Shown here: piece by piece, positions 24,767-39,071 of the stretch
Layout of the letters: the number at the start of each line of letters is the position of its first letter
Numbering within the stretch: position 1 is the stretch's first letter
Origin: Neoconidiobolus thromboides FSU 785
Lineage: Eukaryota > Fungi > Entomophthoromycota
Assembly: GCA_025603075.1 (NCBI GenBank)
Contig: MU626291.1
Coordinates: 62,001-126,000 of the forward strand
DNA length: 64,000 nt
Direction: 5' to 3'
The notes under the pieces: model-generated
Database searches by the model: none
Seen by the model: only the letters and a program-made list of their open reading frames with translations
Told to the model about the DNA's origin: nothing
Position numbers and translations under genes: made by a program

Positions 24767-26633
24767 TTAATCTTTCTTCTTCTTTTTCTTTTTCTCTCCC
24801 TAAAAATGAATGAGTATTCAATTTTATGTAATAAAAATTTTAAACTTACATCAGTTTCAGATTTACGCTTAGACTCCTAATAAAATGCATTAATTTTCTG
24901 TTGTATTTATTTAATTAGTTATTTTACCTTTTCTTTCTTTTCTTTTTTAGATTTCTTTTCTTTAGTTTCTTCATCTTTAGTTTCAACTACTATTTTGGCT
25001 TCTTCCTTAATCTAAAAATTTATTAGTAAAACCCAGCTAAAATATATTTTAATTTACTTCAACAATAGGGGCAAGTTCAACTGGAGCTGGGATAGGGTCA
25101 ACAGCATCATTTTCTTCAGGTCTAAAAATATGAATATTACATTGCAAAAAGTTGAGTTGCTATTTACCTATGCAAATCTTTGTAAGAGGTAGCCCAGTCT
25201 TTAGGTGTGTTTTCATTCTTTTTACCATATTTATCAAGTTTTCCTTCTTTAATAAGTGCTTTCTTTTTGGCAGCCTAAAAACAATATTAGTTATTGATCC
25301 AAGATATTATAAATATTGATTACAATTGGTCCTAATCCCCAACGACGTGGATAAGTATCACGTTCCATAATGACACGCTTAATCTTAGCAGCAACACCAT
25401 GTTCACAGGTAGCCAAAACAGCAGTGTTCATTTGAGCGATAGCAAGAGCAACAGCTTCACCTTTGGTTGTAATAATAACTACTTCATCGTTAACTTCAAT
25501 ACCAGCTTCATATCTTAATACACCTGGAATCATAATCTTGGCTCCATAACATACGGCGTTGATAGCACTATCTTTTAATACAATACGCTTATAACCAGTT
25601 AAAAGGGATTCAAGTGGTCTAATGACACGACGTAAATAAGATTCTAAATTGAAAAAATTAAAATTTAGGCAATCGTATATAATTTTGTATTTACCATCAT
25701 TGGAGCTTTCGTAAACCCATTGAGCATCAAGAACATCATGCATAGTGACCATGTTATCCTAAATAAAAAATTAGACAACATAACTTTAAATTTAAATTAA
25801 ATTACATCTTCTCCATTAGAACCTGAACGTACACGACGAAGTTCTTGCATATGACCACCAACTTTAAGGAGCAAACCTAAATGTACACAAAGGGTACGAA
25901 TATAGGTACCAGCTTCACAAGAGACCCAAAATACAGCGAGGTTGCGTTCGTTATCAAACTCAATAAGTTTAGATTCATTAATGGTACGTACACGAAGTTG
26001 TCTCTTAACAGCGGAAATAAGAGGAGGACGTTGGAATAAAGCACCAGTTAAGGTTTCGATAGCCTAATTAAATTATTAATTTATGAACTCAAGTATGTTA
26101 AAAGTTAATCTTTTACATTTGGTAAAGCTTTCTCGTTTTCAAGAGCATCATGGAGACGTAAAACAGCAACGTATTCTTTACCAGCAGATTGTTGGGATTT
26201 AACTAAACGGGTGGCACGGTCAATGCAGACAATCAAACATCCAGTGACTTTGGGATCTAAAGTTCCACTATGTCCAGTTTTCTCAACTTTAAGGATTCTA
26301 CGGATCCAAGCTACAACTTCATGGGAACTTGGGTTAGAAGGTTTATCTAAGTTGATAATACCATAACTTTTTAAAAATTAACATACTGCTTAGTTAATTA
26401 GAAAACGAATTACCGTAAATAATTTTTTAAGTCTCTAGCAAGAGGAGAAGAACCGCTTGGGATAGGGGTAAAGTGACCAGTACGAGCTAAAAGTTGATCA
26501 TAGTTCTAAATAGATTAGTTTTAAACATTTGTATATATCTTGTTTGTTTGAATATTACTTTTAATAATAATGGCCATTCTGAAGTATTGACAGCTGGTAC
26601 ATCTTTAGTTGGTTTGATAACATGTTCACTCAT
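24767..26633 (-). CDS. CBF5: H/ACA snoRNP pseudouridine synthase Cbf5/dyskerin (multi-exon)
   Basis: [56 protein letters not shown] domain, Lys/Glu-rich tail. Confidence 0.97.
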
Positions 26634-27508
26634 TTTAGTATTATTTTTTTTTGAAAAAAATGGTAGGCTATTTAATTTGACTTATTTTGTTAGTTTTATG
26701 TTTGGAATATTTATTATGGGAAGTCTCAAGTTTAATCCCTTTTTTTGAATTATGCAATTATTAGCAAATTTTAAACTGCGGAAAGAGGAAATTATCCTGC
26801 GTTATTTGGATTGTTTAAGTTAATTTTGTTAGTAAAAGTTGGTCTAAAACAAGTTTTTTTTTAAAAATTCTGCTTACACATTTTTTAGTTTTAAATTTTA
26901 TAAAAAGTGGACAACTTATTTAAATAAAAAAGGGAATTCTTTTGTGTTAAAATGAATATTTAAGAGTGTAGTTCTATTTTTTCTGAGTTTAAAAAATAAT
27001 TGTAGTAAAAATTCAATTTTTATCAGAATTAAACAATAAAATCTAAAGCCGTTAAAGAGCTATTTGTGCCTATAGCTTTTTGATTTCAAAATAAGTATAA
27101 CAACATTACCATATTAACTCTACTATTAGATATTTACATATGTTTCTTCCTTTTTGAGCAAAGATGGTGGCAAGCATCTTATTGGCTATAATAGAAATTC
27201 GATTCTATAAGGATATTTAACAGAAATCTAATTTTTAATAATTTTAGCTAATATTTAAAATATTCTATTTAATAAAAACAGCAATTTAATATTAATTTAA
27301 TTTTAGTTTGATTTTAGTTTGATTTTAGCTTGATTTCAATTTTATATTAGTAATAGTAAAATACTATTTATTATAAAAAAAGATTTAAAGCAAAAACAAA
27401 TTCTTATTTTATCTTTTTGACTAAATATCAAACTTTAGATCAAAAATTAATTTTACTTTGATTCTGCAAGTCTTCATAATCAAGATTTGCCCAAAAAAAG
27501 GAAGAAAT

Positions 27509-27606
27509 GAGGATGTTTTCTTTGGCTTCATTGCTTTTTCTATCTTTTAAGCGCTATTTTAGTAAAAAATTGTTAGTAAAATCCTTAAATATAAAAATAC
27601 ATCCTC
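27509..27606 (+). mobile_element. MITE copy with GAGG termini, AAAT TSD and tandemly reiterated right end
   Basis: GAGGATGT...ACATCCTC; AAAT at 27505-27508 and 27607-27610; right terminus repeated at 27607-27628. Confidence 0.92.
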
Positions 27607-28205
27607 AAATATACAAAAATACATCCTCAAATATATAAAAATACCTAATATTTAAATTAAAATATAAACTTAATTTTTATATCAAACTTCAAAGTATCTA
27701 TTTTTACATCAAACTATAAACTTGACTTCATATTTAATTTAACTAAATTTTCTATGATTCAATACCACATTAAATAAAAACTTATTTTTAACTTTTATAA
27801 TGTCTAATAATAAATCAATAAAAATATAGTTAAAAATAGTCTAATTTCAATAAAAAAAATCTATTACTAATAATATATATTGATAATTCGCATCTACCAA
27901 TACTCGGAATATATAATAAATCAACTACCAGCTTAACAGCTCGAATAAAACCTCAGGGTAAGTACAGCCACAATTGATAAAAGCCAATGAAAGAAAGTAA
28001 TTAACGAATCAGATGGTTAGGAAAACAAATCAAAATGAAAAAAGTCGCCAAATTAAGAGGGGAAAGAAGAATAAAATTGATAAAAATTATGATGGAATTT
28101 CAAAATAAATAAAATAAAAAATTTATCCATTTTTATAATTAAAGTTTTTCAGTTTTTGTTACCCTTTTAAAATTGTGTTATTTAAGAGTTTAAATAAAAA
28201 TAAAA

Positions 28206-30112
28206 ATGAATACTGCAGTTGTTAAAGCTACTAAACACGATGGTAATATTCCTAAACAAAAACATGTTATTGGTAAGGATTAGTTTATTCATTATTATTA
28301 ATACAAAATATGTTATAAAATTATAAAATTAATTAATATTTTAATTCAACAGCATTATGTTCTTTCAGTTGGGAAAATAAGGTTACTGTCAAAAATATGT
28401 TAGATTTATTAGGAGATAGATTGAGAGATAATAATTGGGATGTAAGTAGAACTGAAACTAAAACTAAACTAAACTAAATAAAATTAAAATCGTATTTTTA
28501 GGTAGTTTATAAAACATTAATAGTTATTCATACAATTATGAGAGATGGATGCCCAGAGAATGTATTCGATTATTTAATAAGAGCACGTAGTTTATTAGAT
28601 ACATCAAGCTTTCGACCAAAAAATTCGAATATTGGTAAGTTTCATTTATGATTTAATCCTTTCTTCATTTTTAAATTTTCAAAATTTAGGTTTTAATCAA
28701 GTTAAAAATATACGAGATTATAGTACTTATTTAGAACATAAAGTATTAGTTTATTCTCAAAAAAAAATAGATTTTTGTACTACACATAATAATACTAAAA
28801 TCAATGAGATGTTTAGTTTAGCTATTAATAATGAACTAATTGATAATATCAATTTAATTCAAGAACATTTAGAAGTTTTATTAGCTGCTAAGGTAATAGC
28901 CTTTATAATCATTTTATATTTATATTTATATTCAATGTTTCATTTAGATATCAGAAAATGATATTGATAGTCATATAAGTTTATATGCATTTAAAATGTT
29001 AATACGAGATATGTTAAAAATATATCAATTTTTAAATCAAGGAGTAATTACTATATTGAAAGGATTTTTTGATTTAGATTTGCCATTAGCAAAATTATGT
29101 CTTAATATCTATAAAAGATATATATCATTAACAGAACAGGTTATCAATTATTTAAACAAGGCAAGAGATATTGAAAATTATTTACAGTTTACAATTCCAG
29201 AATTAAAACATGTAAAGTTTTTATTATGACATTTCTTAGTATATTTCTTAATATTGATCTCATTAATTAATTTTCTTAGGCTCCAGTTTCATTGTTAAAT
29301 GCATTACAAGATCATTTAAATTCGTTACAAAACAGTCAAGTTAAGGTTCCTAATGTTACTTCGAATAATACGCAACATACAGAAATATCAAATCAACAAC
29401 AACAACAACAGAAGCAAAAAGGTAAAGTTTTATGTAATGATAATAATATTTTTATTAATTTTATTTCAAATAATAGTAATTAAAAAAGAAGCTATTGATT
29501 TCTTTGCATCCTTAGATGATGAATTAAATGTACAAACAAATAGTAATATTAGCAATAATAATACTTCATTTAATCCATTTAATAATGGCAATAATAATAA
29601 TAGTATAAACAATAATAACATAAATAATGATTTATTATCATTTAATTCTAATAATAATAATAATAATAATATACCATTTAATCCATTTAATCAAAATCAA
29701 CAAGTATTAAATCGAAGACAAACAACAGTGATTCCACAATTTAGCCAGCCAATAAGGACTTCTACAATGCCTAATAGTTTTAATCCATTCAGCACTACTT
29801 CCAATCCATTTGCTACAATGGGAAGTAATACTAGTAATAATGGAATGAATATGAATAGTATGAATAATAATATGAATAATATGAGTTTAGGAAATAATCG
29901 AAATACAATGAATCCCTTTTTAATGGATTCAGCTACACAAAGTTTAAATAGTAATTATCAACTGAACTCTATGTTTAACAATCCAATGACACATAATACA
30001 ACTATGAATACATCATCAAGTTTTAATACATCATTGAATCCAAGTTTTAATTCATCAAGTTCATCTACTTCTTTATTTGATATTAGTAATTCTAACAATA
30101 ATAATTTTAGTT

Positions 30113-30151
<39 letters not shown>

Positions 30152-30243
30152 GAATGAATAATAATAATTCTTTATTTAATACAAATAATGGAATGAATAA
30201 TAATATAAGTAACAATTCTAATAATAATATAAATTTATTTTAA
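28206..30243 (+). CDS. ANTH-domain clathrin assembly adaptor (AP180/CALM/Yap180 family), multi-exon, Asn-rich tail
   Basis: AVVKATKH..PKQKH, NWDVVYKTLIVIHTIMRDG, YLEHK, FKMLIRDMLKIY, DIENYLQFTIPELKH; tail with five NPF motifs. Confidence 0.9.
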
Positions 30244-30675
30244 AAAATATTAATAATTCATCATTTATTAATATCTTTGATAAATAAGATTTTTTCTGGA
30301 TTTCTTTTGTTTCTTATATTTCTTTTATTGTTCATTTTCAAATTTTACCCTGTTCCAAATCATTTCCTTATCCTCTCTTTCGCTAGCTCTTTTAAAATTC
30401 AAATAAAAATCGATTTTTTATATTATTAATAATAATATTAACAATTAGACTTATTTTATATGAATTATTTAATCCACTGTGTTATTTTTTTCTAATATTG
30501 CTATTGTTATAAAAATAATAGCTGAAGTAACATAAAAATGATTAAAAGATATAAGTCTATTTTGATTTGTTTTATAAAAATGGAATATTTTTTGAAATAA
30601 TTGAAACAATCTTAAGAAATAAATATAAAATAAAATAAAAATAAAATAATGGTATAAACCAATCAATCACTATAT

Positions 30676-30774
30676 GGGGATGTTTTTTTTGGCTTCATTG
30701 TTTTTTTAATCTTTTGAGCACTATTTAAGTGAAAAATTTGTTAATAAAATTCTTAAATACATACATACATCCCA
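30676..30774 (+). mobile_element. MITE copy
   Basis: GGGGATGT...ACATCCCA with ATAT TSD; between the convergent ANTH and SER3 genes. Confidence 0.92.
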
Positions 30775-30972
30775 ATATTAAATTTTCTATTTCTATTTAT
30801 AAATCTTATTAAATTCTAATATTAATTCAAAATATTAAAAAATAAACAAATTTAACTATTACTTAATCAATATAATAATATACGTTAATATCTTTATTTT
30901 TCATTTAACTACTAATATATTTAATATTTAATATTCATAGACAATTATTGTTTAGATATTATAAAAACTTAA

Positions 30973-31583
30973 TTAAATAATAAGTCTAGTTAAGATCCCA
31001 TGTTTGACTTTTGAAATTTGATGATATAACTCATGTAAATGGGATTTAATTTCTTCTTCGGATTTAGTTGGTGGTACAATATCTGCAATTAAATAAGCGA
31101 CAGAACCTTTTGAATCTGAACTTTGTCTTTCAACATTGTAATCCGATAATAAATTATTAATTTCCTGAATTAAATTAAATTAAGTATCAATTAACTACTC
31201 TAATTATTAGAAACTTACTTTTAACACACCAGGTACATTATCATGCACAAAGATAACTCTTACAATATTGCCTTCTTGTAGTACCCGAGGTCTTAATTCC
31301 AAATTAGGGAAATTAACAGCAGATAAAGTAGTCCCAATATTTAAATATTTAGTAATAGAAGTGCCCACTTCAATACCAATCATAGATTGTGCTTCTTCAG
31401 TAGAACCACCAATATGAGGTGATAAGATAGTATTTGGACATCCAATTAATTCATTTGTAAATGCTTCCCCATTTTTAGATGGTTCGACTGGGAATACGTC
31501 AATGGCCGCTCCAGCTAAATGTCCTGATTTTAACGCTTCAGCGAGATGATTAAGTTGTACCTATGAGTTAAAATAAAGTATTA

Positions 31584-31625
<42 letters not shown>

Positions 31626-32582
31626 AATATATACTTACCACTGTACCCCTTGAATAATTAATCAAATAACTTCCTTTTTTCATTAATTTTAATTCCCTTT
31701 CACCAATCATTTCTTTAGTATCCTTCGTTTCCGGTACATGTAATGTAATAAAATCACACATTCCCAATAAATCTTCTAATTTCGTGATTTGAGTTGCTGT
31801 TCCTAAAGGCATAATTTGCAATATATCATAAAAATAAACTTGAATTCCTAAACTTTCCGCTAATACAGAGAGTTGAGAGCCAATGTGACCGTAACCAATA
31901 ATACCTAATTTTTTGTTACGAACTTCATAACAGTTTTTACTAACTTTGTTCCATAATCCATTATGCATTTCTTGATTACGATCCCCCATTTGACGAGAGA
32001 GATAAATGATATGAGCAAGTACAAGTTCAGCTATGAGTAGGAATAAGATTAATATAAATATTAAACTAAGTTAAATTATCTACTTACCTACTGATCTTGA
32101 ATTGGAAAAGGGTGAGTTAAACACTGGAATCCCTCTCTTTTCTGCATAATTTAAATCTACTTGATTGGTACCGATACAAAAACAGCCAATGGCTAATAAA
32201 TTCCGGGCCGAAGATAATACTTTCTCAGTAAGTTTAGTTTTACTCCTAATAAAAGATTTAAGTAATTGTTAGTATGTGAGTTGAAGATAAGATATAAATA
32301 GAGAGAAGTAGGGATGAAATCAAATTACCTTATACCAATGACATGAACAGTTTGTATCTTTTCAATTAATTCTTCTTCCGATAATGCTTTAGTATGAGAT
32401 TCTACCTAAAAATCAAAGTTAATTGAAACTTAATCAATAGATATAAATACACTTACATTAAACCCTTGTTTATTAAAAATATTAATAGCAGTTGGATTAA
32501 TATTTTCTAATAATAATATATTTAATTGATTTTTTTGAATATTATGTTCTAATTGATATTTATTTTCAGTATTGAATATCAT
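30973..32582 (-). CDS. SER3: D-3-phosphoglycerate dehydrogenase (multi-exon)
   Basis: ILLLENIN, GIRSKTKLT, GCFCIGTNQVDL, LGIIGYGHIGSQLS, LHVPET, INYSRG, HIGGSTEEAQ, C-terminal ACT domain. Confidence 0.95.
31584..31624. repeat. (ATT)n microsatellite in a SER3 intron
   Basis: About 13 uninterrupted ATT units. Confidence 0.9.
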
Positions 32583-33504
32583 ATTTGAGAGAATTGAATA
32601 TAAATTGTTTAAATATAATAAGAGAGGAGTGAAATTAAATTTAACTTGTTTTTATACTTTCTTATCTTATCTCTTATCTTATTATTAATAAATTTGAAAC
32701 CATCAATAAAACTCACCTAACCTTAAAATCTCCCAGTTTTTATTATTCTTTTTGAAGTTAATCATTTAACTTATTTTAATGAGTCATCAAGATTAATTGA
32801 AACATTAAACAATTTTTTTCAATAGATTTCTTCTAATAAACTTCCAGCTCATTTATTATTATTCAATCCTAATTTGATATGATAATCAATTGTAATATTA
32901 CTATAAACGTTATTAAATAGAATATTTACCCTTTATTTTATTTATTTTATTAATCATATGAAAAATAGAGGTGAAATTTTTATTAATAAATAATAATAAT
33001 ATAATAGCTTTTTGTATTTATTGAAATAGCTCAAATATCAATTTAGTTATATAGTTAAGATTAATTTACTTATCACTTTTCATTAAACAATTATATTCAG
33101 CTTTATTTCAATACTTGAAATTCTTTATTTATTCTATTATATTATAATTTAATAAATATTATAACATAATATCCTTCTAAAACCCTATTTATCATCACCT
33201 CATTCAGTAATCTAATTTCATCATCTTTAGTTATGACAATAAAGTTAAAAATTAACTTCTAAAAAAATAACTTAAAAAGAATAAATCAATGTTATTTCAA
33301 TTTAAGCAACTTAAAAATGAAGAATTGAAAAGTAAAGAATTTAATTCCAATCAAAAAGAATGAGTAAAAAGAAAGAATCAGATTGAAAATGTTGGTTGGA
33401 TTTGAAATGAAATTCTAACAAATTTCCATTTTCAATTCATTATTCAACAATTTCAATTTTCAATTCAATTATAAAGCTTTATTCAGTTAACAGTTAATAA
33501 AATC

Positions 33505-34504
33505 ATGAACTTCACTACTCTCAATGATCACTTAAATCTTCCTAATGATTTACCCTTACCAAATACCACTTGGACTATTATTGATCATAGTTTACGTACA
33601 AATGGAGAATTTTTATTATTAAATTTTATCAAAAGTGGATTGAAATTAAAGAAAAACATATTATTTATATCATTTAATAATATATATTTACATTATTCAA
33701 CGCTAATTAAAAAGATGGTAAGTTTAATAAAGAAAGAAGAGAAAAAAAAAGTTTTTTTTAGTTTAAACATTAAAGTTTGAAAAAATATTAACTATTTTCT
33801 TTTGTTTTGTTTTTTTAGGGTTTAAATCCATCTGATGATAATTTAACATTTTTATCTTTATTAACAGAAACAAAAGAAAAATTAAATTATGATATTCTTC
33901 TTAATCTTATTCAACAAAAGATAGTATTTGAAAAACAAATTAATATAATATTTGATGATATTACCCCATTAATTTATCTTGGTTTAACTTTTTCTGAAGT
34001 ATTAAAGTTAGTTAATTGGTGTAAGAATTTAACTTTCAAAGTAAGTATTATTAATTTTATTTATTAATTTTATTAATTTTATTATTATTATATAGAATAA
34101 TGGCTTTTTTATAATATTAAAACATGGGGATTTAGAATTTCAATCTAATACAATAATCAAAAATTTATCTTTATCATTATGTCATTTAAGTAATTTTATT
34201 ATTAAATTAACTCCATTAGCTACTGGTTTCTCAAGTGAAATTCATGGTCAAGTAAGTAATTTCTTTTATATTTATATATTTATATATTTATATATTTATA
34301 CATTAATACATTAATATTGTTTTATATTGTTATTGTTATTATCAAATATTAATATGTTTATTTTATTATTATTAGCTATCCATTCATCAAGGACCCTTAC
34401 AATTACAATCTCAACGTCATGGTCAAGGTCTAATTTATCATTATAAATTAACAGATAATCAATTTCAATTATTTGTTAAAGGAAATAGTCATACAGTATT
34501 ATAG
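33505..34504 (+). CDS. ELP6: Elongator complex subunit 6 (multi-exon)
   Basis: GEFLLLNFI, HYSTLIKKM|GLNP, IIFDDITPLIYLG, LTPLATGFSSEIHGQL, YHYKLTDNQFQLFVKG. Confidence 0.8.
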
Positions 34505-34619
34505 ATAGAATAATAATATGATAATAAAAATAAAAATAAAATATTAATTTTAAAATTCTTATTTTATTTTATTTACTTTATAATTTACGATTATGATTCC
34601 CCTTAACTCAAGCTTTAAT

Positions 34620-37501
34620 TTATCCATTTAATAACTCCACAATTTGCTCAGGTATATTAGGTATTTGGTTAGCATGAGTAACATTTTCTTCTTCATTATT
34701 GCCTTCATTATCACATTTTGAATGATCAAAATTCCAAGAATGATTCATATCGGAATGTGTTGGCACTGAAAAGGGTAATAAATGATTGGGATCTTTAAAT
34801 AAAGTAAATAGATTATATTGTACAAAAGAATTCATTAATTCATTCGAATTTTCTCTAGAGTGACTTAATGGAATAACTGGTAATGGCTTATTGATATTAT
34901 TGGAAACAGTAGTGGTAGTAGTATGATTTAATTGATTCTCCTCCCATTCTTCTTCAGTAATTATATTCACTTTAGGTATGGGTGAATGTTCATTTGAAGG
35001 AGGCACAATTTGAATTTTTAACTGGCTATTATTATTATTATTATTATTATTTCCATTATTTCCATTTTCATTCCCTGATGTATTATTAATACTTGTATTA
35101 CTATTACTTGAAAGTACTGAATCTGGCTTTGGAGAGTCAGTTCTAGATAATGGTAAAGGTACTTTTTCTGGATCAAGAAAAGAAACTCTTCTAGAAATTC
35201 TACTTGTAACTTCATCTTCTAAATCTCTTACTACAACAATCGATTTACCGTTTTTATTATCTTTATTTTTATGTCTTCGTTCAATTACTCGATCCGCTAC
35301 TTGTTGTATATAAGCTAATATTTCTTCAGGTACATTATCTTCTTCATTTTCATATCGATAAGTTTCAGCAATTAATTGAATTTGTAGAGGAGAAATGGTA
35401 TCTAATGTTTGTAATGTTTCAATAAATTCAGCTAATGATTTATGAGATGAATAACATTGAAGAAATTGTAATAAATGTAATAAAGATTTAAAATGAGAAG
35501 ATAAATTAGCTACAATCGGTGAAGTAGCATGGGTTCTTATCCATTCTTCTAAGACAGTAACACTCATTCTTATTTGTATAGCTCGTGTGCGTGAACAATA
35601 TTTTTTAGTATCTAATATTCGATTGAATAATTCGCTAGTTATATAATAAATTAATTGATTTAATATATGATGAATTAATATAACATGAACTTGATAAGAA
35701 TGTAAGATAGCTAAAGCAGAAGATAATATTGAAGTTATTTTTTCTGGATTACTATCTTTTTTATTTAAAATATTATTCTTATTATTTTGATTATTATTAT
35801 TGTTAATTCTTCTACGTATTGATAATCGTTTTCTTAAAGGTGTTAAACCATTGGCTAATTTTTCATCATCATCATTAAACGAACTAGTTATTGAAGATAA
35901 AAAACTTTTTCTTTTTTCTTTAAATTTTGATTCATCGTTTAAACCAGGTATTGATTCACATTCTAATATACAAGATTCTAATTCAGATTCTAATTTACTT
36001 TGTATATTTCTTACTAATAATTGATAAATTTCATGAATTAATTCACTTAAAGCTAATTGATGTTCCACTGTAGATGATACTAACCCACTATCTTTTTTTA
36101 AATAATACAATAATTGAGAACAATTAGCTAGCCAAAAGGATAAATATTTTAATTCATTAAATTTTAACTAAAAGTAACAATAAATAAATAGAATATAAAT
36201 AGAATATAAACGGAATATAAATAGAATATAGACTTACTTTAACACAATCAGCAATTAATTTTAATGCACTTTTTAATAAATCTTGTAATAAATCGGGAGT
36301 TGAAAAATAGAAAGCAAATCTGGAACATAAAAATAATACATTAGAAGGTACAAATCGTTGTTCTTTAGAATGATTTGGATTCATTGTTGTTATTATTGTT
36401 GTTAATATATGCGGAATTTGTTGATTTGAAAATACAAACATTTGATCAGGTAAACATTGATCCCATACAAATTCTTCTACTGTTAATTCTTCTAATGTGT
36501 CCTATAACAATAAAGTATTAATCTATTATTATTAATTTATTATTATCATTTAAATTACCTCATGATATCCATAATTATCTGAATTATGAATATTTTCTAA
36601 ATTATTACCTAATAATTCCAATTGATTAAATTTATCATTAATTTTAATTAAATAATCTTTATCATTTCCTTCAGGATCAGTTAAAGGTAAAGATTTAAAA
36701 CTAGCTGAATCATCATCCAAATAATCATTAACATTAAATCCCGAAAAAGATTGAATAGATTGCCTCACTCGATGTTGATGATTATAACTTAATATTTCTT
36801 GTAATTTAACACTTTTTTCATTTTCATTTGTATTATTTAATCCATGATTAATTATATCTAATACAGTTCTTCCTTTAGTTGTACGTGCCCCTGGTGAAGC
36901 CCCATGATCTAATAATAATTTGACAATCTTTTCATGTTGATTACTCATTGCCCACATTAACGCTGGCCAGCCATCTAATTAGTAAATAAAGACAAATTAA
37001 TACCTCTTCTTAACAATAATAAAACAATAAAAACTATTTTTTACTTACTTTTATCCTGTAAATCAAGACTAGCCCCATTTTTCACTAACACTTCTGCTAC
37101 TTCAAAATAACCAAAACAAGCTGCATAGATTAAAGGGGGTGAACCATCTTCATCTAATACATTAATATCGATATATTCTTTTAATATGTCATTTCTAAAT
37201 AATTGCAAAACAGAAGTATCATCTCCACTAGATACCATACGATGTAATAATTTTCCAATTAATTCTTTTTTTTCTTGTTTCGTGTAGATCCCTTGGGTGC
37301 CAATTTCAATAGCTTCTTCTACTTGCAGAGTTAGATCTTCAACTGGAATATTAGAATCTGAAGTTGTTTGTTCTGAAGCTAATGAAACTTTGGGAACTTG
37401 TTCTATAAGGGATTAATAATTAATTGTTGTTATTTTTTATTATTGCTTAAATTTTTTAATAAAAAAACAAAAGACTTACCATTTACTATTATATCACTCA
37501 T
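34620..37501 (-). CDS. Ankyrin-repeat plus Dilute (DIL) domain protein (multi-exon)
   Basis: Ankyrin motifs (GSPPLIYAACFG, GWPALMWAMSNQH), then NQLIYYITSELFNRIL, AIQIRMSVTVLEEW, LLHLLQFLQ (DIL-type); first exon MSDIIVN ends at a GTAAGT donor. Confidence 0.82.
36185..36231. repeat. 11-bp tandem repeat (AAATAGAATAT) x~4 inside an intron
   Basis: Directly visible; one unit carries a CG variant. Confidence 0.8.
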
Positions 37502-38789
37502 TTTTATTATTATACAATATAGCTTTAATTTTTACAAAAGAGATAAAATTCAATAAATTCTTATTTAATATATTTTATAACTGGAATTTTTAATAATCAA
37601 ATTAAGCCACCATCTTAAATCCTTACAAATCTAGTCAACCTTGATTGGTAAATTAGGATCTTATCCAATCAAATTAATTGGTAAAAATTTTAATAGATTA
37701 AGTTATTTTGCTCTTCTCCTCGTGGTGATTTCAAAAGTGGTGAGATACTAAGTTTTACAATGAAAAGATGGCGACTGGGGAAGATTATTATGAAAATTTT
37801 ATGACAAAAATAATTAAGCTCGACCTTTTATATCTTCTAGTTTATGTGGATAGCCTTTATTTATTTAATCTACTACTTTATTCATTAACACTTCCAAAAA
37901 CACTATTTTGAAGACTTTAATAGATTCTAATTACAACTTCAATAGTTACTCCTATTGGTAGATTTTAAGGCCATTACCATTTTTGGTGTCTTTTTTGATG
38001 AATTAGTATAATCTTTAATTTATTAATAGAGATTATTAAATTTTCAAAGTTAAATATTTTTAATATGAATTAATATTATGCTAATATAATAAAAACAGTT
38101 ACGAATCATATATATAACCTATAGTTAGTTAAATTATAATTCTATTAATAGGGATGAATCTAAAAAAGACAATGTTTTTGATTTCAGTACTGAATTATAA
38201 TTTTTTGGAATTTTGAGCGACTCAAAAAATGAGCAAAATGTTGATATTTGAAATAGTAGAGCACCTATTTTTTGCTAAAATTTCATTAATGATTTATCTA
38301 TCTTTTCGAATTTAAAAATAGATAAATTAGTGAAATAATAACAAACTTTGATTGCAGTTAAATGATTTTTTTGGATTTTTTAGTGTTGAATTCTACTTAT
38401 GCAAAATTGAGAGTTATAATGTATTAGTTTTTAATTTTGCAAAGTAATTTTTGAACAAACTAAAAAATTCAGAATATTAAGCTCCAGCTAACTTTTTTTA
38501 TTTTTATTTTCACTTGAATAATAAAATAAATATAATATTTCACATAAATCAAATGATTTCAAAAGCCAATTTATTTTATAAAAAATTTAATTTAGTCGAA
38601 AATTAAAAAACAAAATAAGTAAACAAATGATTTTGTATGAAAAAATATCAACTGACAAATAAAAATATTATAATAGTATATAATGCTAATATACTATCAG
38701 CTGAAAACATGATATGATAGATGGAAATAATTTATTATTTAAAAAAAATTTGTAATAAAAAAAGTTAGATAAAATAGAATATAGAATAT

Positions 38790-38888
38790 GGAGATGTATT
38801 TCTATGTTTAAGAATTTTGCCAATAATTTTTCCGCTCAAATAGCACTTAAAAGATGGGAAAAGTGATGAAGTCAAAAAAAATACTTCC
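38790..38888 (-). mobile_element. MITE copy (reverse)
   Basis: GGAGATGTATTTC...CTCAAATAGCACTTAAAAG...AAAAAAATACTTCC; flanks ATAT/ATTA. Confidence 0.88.
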
Positions 38889-38976
38889 ATTAGTGTTTTT
38901 AATAAAACAAGTCATGTTATTTATAAAAGTTCACCTATTAAAAAAATAATTCCTTGAACTTGCTCATAATATTATT

Positions 38977-39071
38977 GGGGGTGTTCTTTTTGGCTTCGTC
39001 ACTTTTTCCATTTTTCAAGCACTATTTGAGCAGAAAGGCTATCAATAAAATTCTTAAACAAAAAACACTTC
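38977..39071 (+). mobile_element. MITE copy with TATT TSD
   Basis: GGGGGTGTT...AAACACTTC; TATT at 38973-38976 and 39072-39075. Confidence 0.88.

Noticed and set aside
38150-38520. Possible additional non-autonomous element starting GGGATGAATC
   Set aside because: No matching inverted terminus or TSD found.
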